Notes under the pieces: model-generated | What the model saw: only the letters and a program-made list of their open reading frames with translations | What the model was told of the DNA's origin: nothing | Databases searched by the model: none | Source: Endomicrobiales bacterium | GTDB taxonomy: Bacteria > Elusimicrobiota > Endomicrobiia > Endomicrobiales > CAWCFT01 | NCBI GenBank assembly: GCA_963794945.1 | Contig: CAWCFT010000012.1 | Span: 32,083 to 96,082, forward strand | Length of the DNA stretch: 64,000 bases | Direction of reading: 5' to 3' | Position numbers and translations under genes: made by a program | Shown here: piece after piece, positions 19,997-30,605 of the stretch | How positions within the stretch are numbered: position 1 is the first letter of the stretch | Layout: every line of letters starts with the position of its first letter

Positions 19997-22240
19997 ATGC
20001 CAAAAATCCTAGTCAAGAAGAAGGCGGAGGTTATAGCCGAATATAGGTTCAATAGGAAACCTATCATCAATATCGGTAGTTCAAAAGGCAATGACATTAT
20101 AATCATTGATAAGAATATTTCGGAATACCACTGCGCTATAATGAAAAAGGAAAACGGTTATGTAATAAAAGACAAGAATACGCTTACAGGTACCAGAGTT
20201 AACGACGCCTCAATTACCGAACAGCCACTTAGGTATGATGATGTTGTAAATATCGGCCTCCATTCCATAGTGTTCCGTCCGGGGTCAAAAGAAGAAAAAT
20301 CAGAGGACGAGACCGGAAGGACGATGGTCTTGCCGGCAAAGATGTATAACCTATTGGGAATTTACGGAAAATTCGAGGGTAGAAAGTACGAAGTCTCTCC
20401 TAACGGAGATACATATATCGGCAGGGAGAATATATCACCGAAGGGGATACCAAATGACATTGTCCTAGCGGGTGATATGACCGCATCTAAAGGCCATGCA
20501 AAGATATCATGTAAAGATATCCATTGCCAGATCACTGATGTTGGTTCGACGGGCGGAATAGCTGTTAACGGAAATAAGGTGGGACAGTTAAATGATATCT
20601 CTATCAACCCAGGCGACGAAATAGCTATCGGTAGGACGATATTTCGCTTTGTCGAAGCTGACAGGGAAGATTACGGCGTGCCCAAAAACCACAGGATATT
20701 CCTTCTTAAGATCAGGCAGTCATTCATAATGGCTGTTAACATTTTGATAGTTGGGGCGGCGGCCACGCTTTTATATTTTGGGTTGAACGGCATACAGATA
20801 TTGAGCAGTAAACCCGGAAAGCTGGATGTAGACATAAACCGCTACTGGTCACCTGAAGAGAACCCCGTCCGCACGACGCCGCCGGATTACGATGTAAGCT
20901 CCTCGCCGGCTATTGGAGATATTAAAAACGATGGAAAAAACGAGATAGTTTATCTGAACTCTTCCGGACTTCTGTTCGCTTGGGAAGGCAAGAAGGGTTC
21001 GATGGTCTGGAAGCCGGTTGAGATATTCAATTCAGGAAAGACGTCCCCATTGCTGTATGATATGAACGGTGACGGTATAAAGGATATAGTAGTCCTTTCT
21101 GATACTTCAATGCTATACATCATAGATGGCGCGACCGGCGGCATTATCCGGCGCGAGATGCTTGGAGGGAGTGTTTCCGAAAATTCCCCTGCTGTTGGCG
21201 ATCTTGATGGTGATGGCAAACCTGACGTTGTTACGGTTTCAGAAGAGGGTATGGTCAGCTTTATTTATTCGGCAGGTTATGAAAATGGGCAGAAGTTTAC
21301 CGAATATGTTGACGGACCCGTTTACAGCTCACCGGTTATAATACAGGCGAAAAATATTTCTCCGATGGTAGTTATTGCAGCTAATAACGGCAAGGTTTAT
21401 TTCTTTGACGGCAAGACGCGCAACAAGAAGACCGTTGACTTGACTGAAAAGACTGGAAAGGCGCACCTTATCGCCGCCGCACCGTGTGTTGGTGACCTTG
21501 ACGGAGACGGTGTCCCTGAAGTTGTTGTCCAGTCCAACGTGCCTCAGTATGTCTCTGCGATAGATATAACTAGATTCGAAGTCAGATGGACATATTTTAT
21601 AGAGCCTGTTCCGCCGGCTGGGCTTAAACACAATGCTTCCCCGGTTATAGTAGATGTTGATGGAGACGGGTTGGGAGATGTTGTTGCTGTCTCAGCTAAT
21701 GGTTCAATTTATGCGCTTAAGGGTAACACAAAATATCCGACCGGTGAACTTCTCTGGAAACTTGACTTTCCTCAGCCGAACAGGCTGTTGTCATCACCGG
21801 GGCTTATAAATATAGATAAAAAGGGAATTTTTGCGCTGGTGTTTGGGACCAAAGATGGTTCGATTTATATTGTTAAAAACAATCCTGTCAGAAGAGAAAT
21901 GGAGGTCATGGCGAACGTAAAGGCAAGCAACTCGCCAATAACATCATCAGTCGCTGTTGGCGACGTGAAAGGGGACGGGAAGATAGATATAGTATATAGC
22001 AACATGCTTAATAATGTTCAGATACTCAATACAAACATCAGGGATTTCAAAAGCGCAGTTACGTGGCCGGAATTCCTTGGTAATAACTTCAGGTCTGGGC
22101 AGGTGCTAAACAGGCGCCAGATCACAAATTATATAATTTATTCTATTTTAGGAGTGTTTGTGCTGCTAATTTTGTTCATTATTAGGGTTGCTTTAAAGAA
22201 AAAGAAGATGAGCAAACGGCCCAGGGTTGCGTATCTATGA
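19997..22240 (+). CDS. Double-FHA membrane protein with FG-GAP/PQQ-like beta-propeller
   Basis: Two FHA-like domains (IG...NDI....IS..H..I; IGR...NDIV....AS..HA), a TM, repeated PA.GDLDGDG..(D/E)VV blades, and a C-terminal TM. Confidence 0.85.
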   Translation: MPKILVKKKAEVIAEYRFNRKPIINIGSSKGNDIIIIDKNISEYHCAIMKKENGYVIKDKNTLTGTRVNDASITEQPLRYDDVVNIGLHSIVFRPGSKEEKSEDETGRTMVLPAKMYNLLGIYGKFEGRKYEVSPNGDTYIGRENISPKGIPNDIVLAGDMTASKGHAKISCKDIHCQITDVGSTGGIAVNGNKVGQLNDISINPGDEIAIGRTIFRFVEADREDYGVPKNHRIFLLKIRQSFIMAVNILIVGAAATLLYFGLNGIQILSSKPGKLDVDINRYWSPEENPVRTTPPDYDVSSSPAIGDIKNDGKNEIVYLNSSGLLFAWEGKKGSMVWKPVEIFNSGKTSPLLYDMNGDGIKDIVVLSDTSMLYIIDGATGGIIRREMLGGSVSENSPAVGDLDGDGKPDVVTVSEEGMVSFIYSAGYENGQKFTEYVDGPVYSSPVIIQAKNISPMVVIAANNGKVYFFDGKTRNKKTVDLTEKTGKAHLIAAAPCVGDLDGDGVPEVVVQSNVPQYVSAIDITRFEVRWTYFIEPVPPAGLKHNASPVIVDVDGDGLGDVVAVSANGSIYALKGNTKYPTGELLWKLDFPQPNRLLSSPGLINIDKKGIFALVFGTKDGSIYIVKNNPVRREMEVMANVKASNSPITSSVAVGDVKGDGKIDIVYSNMLNNVQILNTNIRDFKSAVTWPEFLGNNFRSGQVLNRRQITNYIIYSILGVFVLLILFIIRVALKKKKMSKRPRVAYL

Positions 22241-23655
22241 AAGTATTTTTCAGTGCAAAAACAAACACAGGAAGAGTCCGCAGGGAAAACCAAGACAGCT
22301 ACGGAATTTCAGAAGGCAAGAATATATATTTCATTCTTGACGGCATGGGGGGCGGTGCGGCTGGAGATTTTGCTAGCAGGTACTCGTCAGAGATGATGTT
22401 GAGATGTTTTGACATGCTCACAAAAGAGGAGATAGTTCTCATCGCTGGCAAACCTAAAGGTATATCCCAGTTCGAGTTGCTTACGATGTTGGCGGCCATA
22501 AGGCTTGCTAATAGGGCTTTATCAAATCTCTCATCAGAATATCCTGCGCTTTCCGGCATGGGTACTACCGTTACCGGAGTCTATTTCGATCCCAGGCTTA
22601 ATATACTGCATATATTACATGTGGGCGACAGTAGAGTCTACCGTTTGAGGAATGGAGTCCTTGATCTGCTTACTAAAGATCATTCCAAGGTTAATGAGCT
22701 GCTTGACCAAGGTAAAATGAAAGAAGAAGAAGTAAAAACGGCAGAGATACAAAGCATGATAACCAGAGCTCTCGGTACGGCTCCGAAAGTGAAGGTTGAC
22801 TACAAACCAGAATACGCCAAAGATGGTGATTATATAATGTTGTGTACCGACGGGCTAAACGGTGAAGTGGATGATACCCAGATAAGAAATATAATGGTTT
22901 CAAATAAATCGACACCGGACCAGATGGCTGCAAAGCTGATAGAAGCTGCAAATACGGCTGGCGGCAGAGATAATACTACCGTAATAGTGTTGAACATATA
23001 TGATGACAAGAAGACAGAGCTTCCCCCGTACGACTCACGTCCAGGTAAAGTGATAACAATTGATGAAGAAACTCCTGAAGAAACAAAAGCTGAAGACAAG
23101 ATATTAAAAAAGCTTATGAATAATATGAAGAACCAAGTACCTAAATCTGCCAAAGAGAAAAGCTTTTTAGGGCATCCGCTGGTGTTGGGCTCAATATTCG
23201 CAGTGCTTTTGGCAGTATTTGGAATATTTATGCCAAGATGTTCCACTGAAAGATCGACAGATAAACAATTAATGGACCTTGCGGGAAAGGTCAGCGGATT
23301 GAAAATTGATATAAGGGAACCTGTCCCGGAGCAGTTGCAGGTTTTTAAGAAAAGTGAAGACACTGTCTCGAAACTTCAGATCATTCAGGACTGGTACAGA
23401 GATAGCCAGAAATTCACAATGCCATTAAAGGACGTTGCTCTGAGTATATCTGACGGTAAGAGGGAGCAATTCAGAGGCGCAACGGCAGATATCCCAATGG
23501 AAATAAAGCTTGATCGCGGCTCTTTCATTATCAGGTTGCGCAGGCCGGGATACAAACTCGTAACGGAAAAAATGGAGATTAAGGACAGTTCTGATGTTAC
23601 GATCGAGCTGGCATCAAGTTATATTCCAGTACTGCTTATAATGATCCCTCAATAA
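22237..23655 (+). CDS. PP2C/PPM-family Ser/Thr phosphatase with C-terminal TM and exported domain
   Basis: Motifs GRVRRENQD, DGMGG, GMGTT, HVGDSRVY, DHS, ITRALG, LCTDGL and GGRDNTT. Confidence 0.92.
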   Translation: MKVFFSAKTNTGRVRRENQDSYGISEGKNIYFILDGMGGGAAGDFASRYSSEMMLRCFDMLTKEEIVLIAGKPKGISQFELLTMLAAIRLANRALSNLSSEYPALSGMGTTVTGVYFDPRLNILHILHVGDSRVYRLRNGVLDLLTKDHSKVNELLDQGKMKEEEVKTAEIQSMITRALGTAPKVKVDYKPEYAKDGDYIMLCTDGLNGEVDDTQIRNIMVSNKSTPDQMAAKLIEAANTAGGRDNTTVIVLNIYDDKKTELPPYDSRPGKVITIDEETPEETKAEDKILKKLMNNMKNQVPKSAKEKSFLGHPLVLGSIFAVLLAVFGIFMPRCSTERSTDKQLMDLAGKVSGLKIDIREPVPEQLQVFKKSEDTVSKLQIIQDWYRDSQKFTMPLKDVALSISDGKREQFRGATADIPMEIKLDRGSFIIRLRRPGYKLVTEKMEIKDSSDVTIELASSYIPVLLIMIPQ

Positions 23656-23740
23656 CGAAACGCAACGGCGGCCAGCCAATTATTGATCGGGTAAAGGTCA
23701 TTAAAGTATAATTGCAAACTGCGGGAAGGAGGAAGACAGC

Positions 23741-24496
23741 GTGCAAGACGAAAATATTAAGGTACTAATAATTGACGATGACGAGATGGTGCTGGAGGTA
23801 ACTACTGCCGGGCTTGAGATAAACGGCTTCGAGGTCCTAACGGCTATTGACGGACTTAAAGGATTGAAAAAAGCTGAAGAGTCCCGTCCGGACGTTGTGC
23901 TTCTTGATCTAAGGCTTCCCGATATCAATGGTTTCGATGTCTTGAAACAGATAAAGACAAAGCCGGAAAATGCAAACATGCACGTTATAATGATAACAGG
24001 CGACCGTACTATTGATATAGACAAGGCTTTCGCAATGGGGGCAGATGACTGTATTATCAAGCCGATTGATATGGGCTATCTTGTTAAAAGGATAGAGAAA
24101 CTTAAAAAGAAGAAATACAGTATTCTTGTCGTAGAGGACGACAGGCAGATATGCGAGATGCTTAAGAATATGCTTGTGAAACAGGGGTATGATACGGTCA
24201 TTTTCAATGACGGCAAGAACCTTGTCGAAAATATCAAAAAAATCAATCCGGATATGATATTGCTTGATGTGTCGTTGCCTGTAGGGCCGGATGGAATTGA
24301 GCTGTGTAAAATGGTGAAAAACGATCCCTCAACAAAAAAGCTTCCTGTGCTGATGCTTACGGCTAACGATAATTCAGGTGCTGTCGAAAAATGCTTCAGT
24401 TACGGCGCCGAAGATTATCTTTTTAAACCATTCAATGTCATCGATCTATCGTTAAAAATAAGGAAATTTTTAAGAATGAGCGGCAGGAACCAATAA
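23741..24496 (+). CDS. Tandem two-receiver response regulator with no output domain
   Basis: Two REC domains, each with an acidic pocket, phospho-Asp (LLDLRLP; LLDVSLP), Thr and KP. Confidence 0.9.
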   Translation: MQDENIKVLIIDDDEMVLEVTTAGLEINGFEVLTAIDGLKGLKKAEESRPDVVLLDLRLPDINGFDVLKQIKTKPENANMHVIMITGDRTIDIDKAFAMGADDCIIKPIDMGYLVKRIEKLKKKKYSILVVEDDRQICEMLKNMLVKQGYDTVIFNDGKNLVENIKKINPDMILLDVSLPVGPDGIELCKMVKNDPSTKKLPVLMLTANDNSGAVEKCFSYGAEDYLFKPFNVIDLSLKIRKFLRMSGRNQ

Positions 24497-26657
24497 TGCG
24501 CAAAGTGGCGGGCTTGTTCAGTATAGCTTTTGCCGCAGGCCTTATTTTTTTGTTTTCCGGCACGGTTGTTCTGGCACAAAATGCAGGAAATGCGTCCGGA
24601 GATTTTCTAAAGCTTAACATTGATCCGGAATCGATTGCTCTCGGTGGCAGTATATTGTCCTTTAATTCCTCTCCAGCTGCGATGATAACTAACCCCGCGG
24701 CTTTAGCAGATAATTTCCAGCCAAAACTCTCCTTCGCTAGTACAGTATTCGACGGCGATATCAAGTATAATTTTGCCGGCATAGCGGTACCGCTTAAATT
24801 CGGTACAATAGGAGCTGGTGCAAGTTATTTAGACTACGGCGCCATACAAGGGTACTACGCTGGTTTTGTTACGTACGATATACCTCAGAGCGGTGAAACT
24901 GCCATAACTTTCAATTACGCGATCCCTTTAAGAACTGAAGTACCGGTACTGCGGGAGTACGGTTCGCTTGGGATGAACATAAAGTTCGTACACAGCAATC
25001 TTGCTGGGTACACATCCGATGTTACTGCCGTAGATATAGGTGGAACCTGTAAAATGCCGTTCATCGCTGAGGGTGTGAGTTCTGCGCTTGTGCTCCGTAA
25101 CATCGGCAACTCGCCGAATTATGATGTAATATCCGGGAACCTTCCTACTGAAACGAACCTGGCAGTAAGGTACGACTTGCCTATGTCAAACGATTTTTTT
25201 GCCGTGCTAGATGCTGGGTCCGATCCTGATAACAATTACTATTCGGCCGGGTTAGGTATTTCGCCTGTTTATCCACTAACAGTAAAATGCGGATGGAAAG
25301 AAGGCGGCGAGTCCGCGGCAACCGGTTTTTGCATGGGGTTCGGGGTCAATTTTAATAATTTTTCACTGCGCTACGCTTTGTCCCCAATGAAAGATATTTC
25401 AGCGGTTCAAACAATAGCCCTTGAGATTACGTTCGAGAGTTTCACAAATACCACGGCGGCTTATGATCATTATTTAAGCATGTATTTCGAACTTGCACGA
25501 GATAAATACAACAATAAAGATTATATCGGTGCTCGGCAGATTTTCGAAGATATACTTTCTGTTTACCCTGGGCACCTGCCATCTAAAGAATACCTTCTTA
25601 GGATCAACTCTGCACTGGACGAAATGGAACACCACAGGCAGGTCCAGGTTGACAGGTGGCTGAGAAAGGCCGATGTCGACATGGAAAGGAACGACATTAT
25701 AGAAGCCAGGAAATACTACAGCCTTGTTTTGAACATCGATTCAGTGAACACGGAAGCATTGGCCGGAATGAACAAGATAAAAGACCTTACAGGCGAGCTG
25801 ACAAAACCCGAAAGTGAACAACTTGACAAGGCCAAGATCACGAAACTGTGGGATGAGGCAGTTGGTTTGTATGATAAAAGCGACTATGTAGCGTCAAGAG
25901 AGAAATTCCAGGAAGTCCTGCGTTTAGACCCAAATAACAGAGAGCAGCAAAATACCTCAACGACATATTCGAACAACTTAACAGGATAAGTGAACTTCAA
26001 ACCAGCGAGCTTTACAACAAAGGTGTTGAGCTTTTTGGACAGGGTAACTATGAAGAAGCAATGAAATATTTCAGTTCCGTTGTTATTTCTGATCCGAATA
26101 GAAAAGACGCACAGGACTATGTTGCTGTTTGCCAACAGAAGACAGATGAGGCAAAGAAAAAAGCCGAGGCAGATAAGGCCGCATATAAAAATGTCAGGGT
26201 GAAAAACGAGATCGAGACCATGTATTTCGCAGCTCTGAAGCTTTACCAGAACGGCGATTATGAGGAAGCCATAAAGGCTTTCAATAAGACTCATGAAGCG
26301 GCCGAGAAGAGTGATTTTACTAAATATTCCGAGAGTTCAAAACATTACATCTCCGCGTCAAAGAATGCCCTCTGCGAACAGTATTACAAGGAAGGCAACA
26401 GCCTTGCGGCTGAGAACAAGCTTGAAGCGTCCGCGGAGTCATACAACAAGGCCCTTGAGTTGAACCTGGAGTTCAGCTCGGCAAAAGCTGCCCTTGATAA
26501 GGTTAATGATCAACTTGCCCAGCAATACTATGAGATCGGCATGAAGGCTTTTTCCGCTGGTGATACCGCAAAAGCAAAAGAATCATTTGAAAAGTCATTA
26601 AGCTACAAATTTGATAAAATAGAATCAAAGAGGGCGTTGGAACGCATAAATCAATAG
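24496..26657 (+). CDS. PorV/PorQ-like barrel fused to a long TPR array (frameshift near 25940)
   Basis: FLKLNID.ESIALGG...NPAAL N-motif and barrel strands, then TPRs. The other frame continues AAKYLNDIFEQLNR into ORF 26061-26657. Confidence 0.75.
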
Positions 26658-26723
26658 CATCGCTTCATTCCGCTGTTTACATGGCGCAATGCCTAAATTA
26701 ATAAATCCACAATGGAGGATATT

Positions 26724-27719
26724 ATGCCAGAATTGAGAAGAGACCCCATTATAGGAAGATGGGTAATAATATCAACTGAAAGAGGAAGGCGGCCTACGGA
26801 CTTTAGGAGTGAGCCCGAGACGCACGGCGATAAAGGCTGCCCGTTCTGTCCGGGCAACGAAAAGATGACACCCGGAGAGATCATCGCTTATGGAGAACCC
26901 GGCCGTGGGAGGAACACGCAGGCATGGACCCTAAGAGTAGTGCCGAACAAATATCCAGCACTGGAAGTGGAAGGAGTGCTCAACCGGCAGGGCGAGGGTA
27001 TGTACGATAAAATGAACGGGATAGGCGCGCATGAGGTCATAATAGAAACGCCCGATCACAACAAGGAAATACCGGATCTGACCGATCAGGAATATGAAGA
27101 CGTTATTTGGGCTTACCGTGACCGCATAATCGACCTTAAACGCGATTTCAGGTTTGAATACATACTTATTTTCAAGAACCGAGGTATGGCCGCTGGCGCC
27201 ACGCTGTCGCACCCTCATTCCCAGCTAATTGCTACGCCAATCGTGCCCAAGCGAGTAAGGGAAGAGGTAAACGGCGCCAAGAACTATTATGATTACAAAG
27301 AGCGCTGCGGATACTGCGACATAATAAAGCAGGAGTTGGCCGTAGGCAGCAGGGTGGTCGCGGAAAATGATGGTTTCATCGCGCTCTGCCCGTTCGCGTC
27401 CCGTTTCCCATTCGAGATGTGGGTGCTTCCTAAGACGCACGACTCTGAGTTCATCAATATTCAGAGACATGAGGCTGCAAACCTAGCATCTCTTATGAAA
27501 AACGTCATAAACAAAATGAACATAGTACTTGATAAGCCGCCTTATAATTACCTCCTGCATATGGCGCCGCTCAAAGAGCCACAGCTTCCGCATTACCACT
27601 GGCACATAGAGATAATCCCTAAGCTGACGAAGGTTGCCGGGTTTGAATGGGGAACTGGTTTTTACATTAACCCGGTCGTTCCGGAAGAAGCAGCGAAATA
27701 TCTGAGAGAAGCAGAATAG
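26724..27719 (+). CDS. galT: Galactose-1-phosphate uridylyltransferase family (HIT-like)
   Basis: Motifs ELRRDP...WVII..ER..RP, CPFCPGNE, G.HEVIIE and HPHSQ. Confidence 0.9.
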   Translation: MPELRRDPIIGRWVIISTERGRRPTDFRSEPETHGDKGCPFCPGNEKMTPGEIIAYGEPGRGRNTQAWTLRVVPNKYPALEVEGVLNRQGEGMYDKMNGIGAHEVIIETPDHNKEIPDLTDQEYEDVIWAYRDRIIDLKRDFRFEYILIFKNRGMAAGATLSHPHSQLIATPIVPKRVREEVNGAKNYYDYKERCGYCDIIKQELAVGSRVVAENDGFIALCPFASRFPFEMWVLPKTHDSEFINIQRHEAANLASLMKNVINKMNIVLDKPPYNYLLHMAPLKEPQLPHYHWHIEIIPKLTKVAGFEWGTGFYINPVVPEEAAKYLREAE

Positions 27720-27772
27720 GTTGTTAAAAAAATAAAGTGACCATATTGCATATACTGCAATAGTAACTAACA

Positions 27773-29498
27773 ATGAAGATAGTCAATACTTTCGGCAGTT
27801 ACCGTCATAAACTTAGAATTATCCTGCCTTTGATGCTGGTTTTATGCGCCCTATTGGGATGGGCGGTGTTAACTGCTGTCTCGAGAATTAACAACGAGTC
27901 AAAAAATGACAGTGTAGAGATATGCCTGGATTGGGACGAGGTTTGCAGCCTGTGCGCATTGAACAATTATGCCATAAGCGATTTTCTTGAAAGAAGCAGG
28001 GCGATAGGCGTAACCAGTGTAGCTATTGCAGAAGAGAATTTGTCAACACTATCGGGGTCAGGGAAGATAATATATTTTTCCGGGCCAGAATATTCAAGGG
28101 CCAAGCTGCTGGATATTGTCGCACAGGGCGGCATGGTTTCAGAACAACCTGATCGCTTCGCAAGACCAGAGCAGCTTAAAATACATATCCGGTATTCTTC
28201 AGGCCAGATATAACATAAGTTCTAAAATACAAAAAGCCGGTAAATATTATCTTCTTACGCCCTCGGTGGACACCACATTCATCCCTCCATTTTGGAGCGA
28301 GAGCATGCCGTTAGGATTTTCAAGAGACAAACAACTCTTCTTGGCTACTAAAGACCTTAAGACAGTTTACAGGATACAAGATGCCTGCAATCCTGCGTGG
28401 ATAAGTCAGATATCAACGGAGAATGTTTCAGGCATTATGTGGGACAGCCCCGTGGTGCCGGGTTATGAGGGAAGAGAACATGACCTTTCGGATATTATAA
28501 GCGAGAAACGGATCAAGTACATAAGCATGGAATTCTGCGCTGTGTCGGGGGAAGACTATGTCGAGAGGAGTATCCCCGGCCTTCTTGTACGAGGTCACCA
28601 AATAAACGAAGCTGAACTGGGGCACAACCAGGAATCGGTTTTCTGGCTTTCCAGATGGATGCGTGCTGTAAAAGAAAGAAGCATAAGGTTCGTTTATTTT
28701 CGTTTCTGGAAGAACAGGTCAATCGAAGATAATATGAGCTATCTGCGTTCAACAGCAAAGAATTTCAAGGATGCCGGCTACAAGCTTGATACGGCAAACC
28801 CTCCGGATTATCCTTCACATGGCAGGCTTGGTTTTTGGAAAATATGCGTGTTCCTAACCGCTGTACTAATTCCGCTGCTGGGGCTGAAAACCGCTCTCAA
28901 GAGAAACAATTTCATGTATTCGTTCGCGGCAGTGAACGCGGTGAGCCTGTTTGGCGGAGTACTTATATCAGCGATGCTTTATGACGCTTATTTTATGCAG
29001 AAGATGGCCGATGTGCCTATGGTCAGGATAATATTTTTCATACCGCTGATGCTTTCGGTGTTCATTTTGTTTAGGTGGGAACAATTGAAGAATTTCTGGA
29101 ACACAAGGCTCGAGATAAAGCACTTTATCATAGCCGCGGCCATTCTGGCGGTTGGGGCTGTATTGCTTATCCGCTCCGGCAACAACGCGGCCGAATGGAT
29201 GACGCCGGACCAGGGGTTGCGTGAGTTCCTGGAAAATCTTTTGTTCGTAAGGCCCAGGACAAAGGAATTTCTGATAGGACACCCTCTGCTGCTGCTGGGT
29301 TTTTATCTAAAAAATCCGTGGCTTATACTTGCCGGAATGGTTGGGCAGGTCTCAGTACTAAATACATTCCTACACGCGCACTCGCCGCTCGCGGTTTCAT
29401 TGACAAGAACAGTCTTTGGCATGATCTTTGGATTTATTATAGGTGTTATTTTTATAGAACTTTATAAAGTAATAAGGGCACATATCGTAAAGAAATGA
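27773..29498 (+). CDS. DUF5693-family membrane protein (+1 frameshift near 28140)
   Basis: RAVKERSIR, RPRTKEFLIGHP and GQVS..NTF.H.HSP motifs; adjacent to csaB. Confidence 0.75.
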
Positions 29499-30538
29499 AA
29501 ATACTTATTTCGGGCTACTACGGATTTGGCAATGCGGGCGATGAGCTCATCCTTGAGACTATAGCCACAGAGCTGTTTTCGAAAAGAGATGATATCGAGC
29601 TTACAGTTCTTTCTGTAAAGCCGCATGAAACCTCCACAAGGCACAAATTACGAGCTGTCAGCAGATGGAACTTTTTCAAGGTGGTCCGCGAGATAATTCG
29701 CTGCGATGTTCTGCTCTCGGGCGGCGGCGGGTTGTTCCAGGACAGTACCGGGAGTAAGGGCCTATATTATTATCTGCTGATCATTCTATTTGCAAAGATA
29801 CTCGGCAAAAAGGTTTATATTTATGGAGCCGGCGTAAACGACCTTAAGTACGTAAACAGGATATTCATCACGTGGGTGTTCAAGCTTGCGGACGGCATAA
29901 CGGTTCGGGAAAGCGATTCATCAAACCTCCTTGTAAAGTGGGGGCTGCCTAAAGACAGGATAACTGTTACAGCTGACCCTGTCATGCTTAAAGAGGTTAA
30001 TATAGAAAAACAACACAGGGACGAGCCTACGGTTGTTTTTATACTGCGTCCTCCCGCTAAATCGAAATGGCGCGCTGAACTTTTCGCCAAACTGGCTGAC
30101 GCGATATGCCAGAGGCTCAAAGCTAAACTCGTTTTTATGCCTTTTCATCCGGAACACGACGCCGAATTCTCAGTTTGTGTGATGCACCTTATGAAGGCCA
30201 AAGCCACGCTGGTAAGGTGGAATAAATTCGATGATATCTATGACACTATAGGCAAAGCGGACCTTATCATAAGCCAGCGGCTTCACGGCCTCATACTAGC
30301 GCTGTTGTACGGGGTCCCACTTATAGGTATATCCGATGACGCAAAGATAGACCGTTTCTTAAAGGAACTTGGCCAAAAAAATATTTCACACATGACAGAA
30401 GAAAATTACTATTCTGTGCTAGCGGTTATACTCGATATGTGGGAATGGCGAGAGGAATTCAAAAAAACAGCCAAGAAGATCCTGCCGGATTTTAAGATGA
30501 GAGCGAAAAAGAACTCGGAACTGCCTTTTACCTGCTGA
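29495..30538 (+). CDS. csaB: Polysaccharide pyruvyl transferase
   Basis: Motifs ISGYYGFGNAGDE, SGGGGLFQD.T, TVRE..S, ADP and RLHGLI. Confidence 0.9.
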   Translation: MKILISGYYGFGNAGDELILETIATELFSKRDDIELTVLSVKPHETSTRHKLRAVSRWNFFKVVREIIRCDVLLSGGGGLFQDSTGSKGLYYYLLIILFAKILGKKVYIYGAGVNDLKYVNRIFITWVFKLADGITVRESDSSNLLVKWGLPKDRITVTADPVMLKEVNIEKQHRDEPTVVFILRPPAKSKWRAELFAKLADAICQRLKAKLVFMPFHPEHDAEFSVCVMHLMKAKATLVRWNKFDDIYDTIGKADLIISQRLHGLILALLYGVPLIGISDDAKIDRFLKELGQKNISHMTEENYYSVLAVILDMWEWREEFKKTAKKILPDFKMRAKKNSELPFTC

Positions 30539-30576
30539 AACCAGCCGCTTCTAACAGCATTTACCGTTTTACGCTG

Positions 30577-30605
30577 TTTACAAATCAGCCCAAATATTCT
30601 ATAAT
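30577..30605 (+). promoter_or_regulatory. Sigma70-type promoter
   Basis: TTTACA-17nt-TATAAT. Confidence 0.6.

Noticed and set aside
11757..23655. Type VI secretion cluster (kinase/FHA/phosphatase)
   Set aside because: No Hcp, VgrG, TssB/C, ClpV or TssM-like ORFs in the window.
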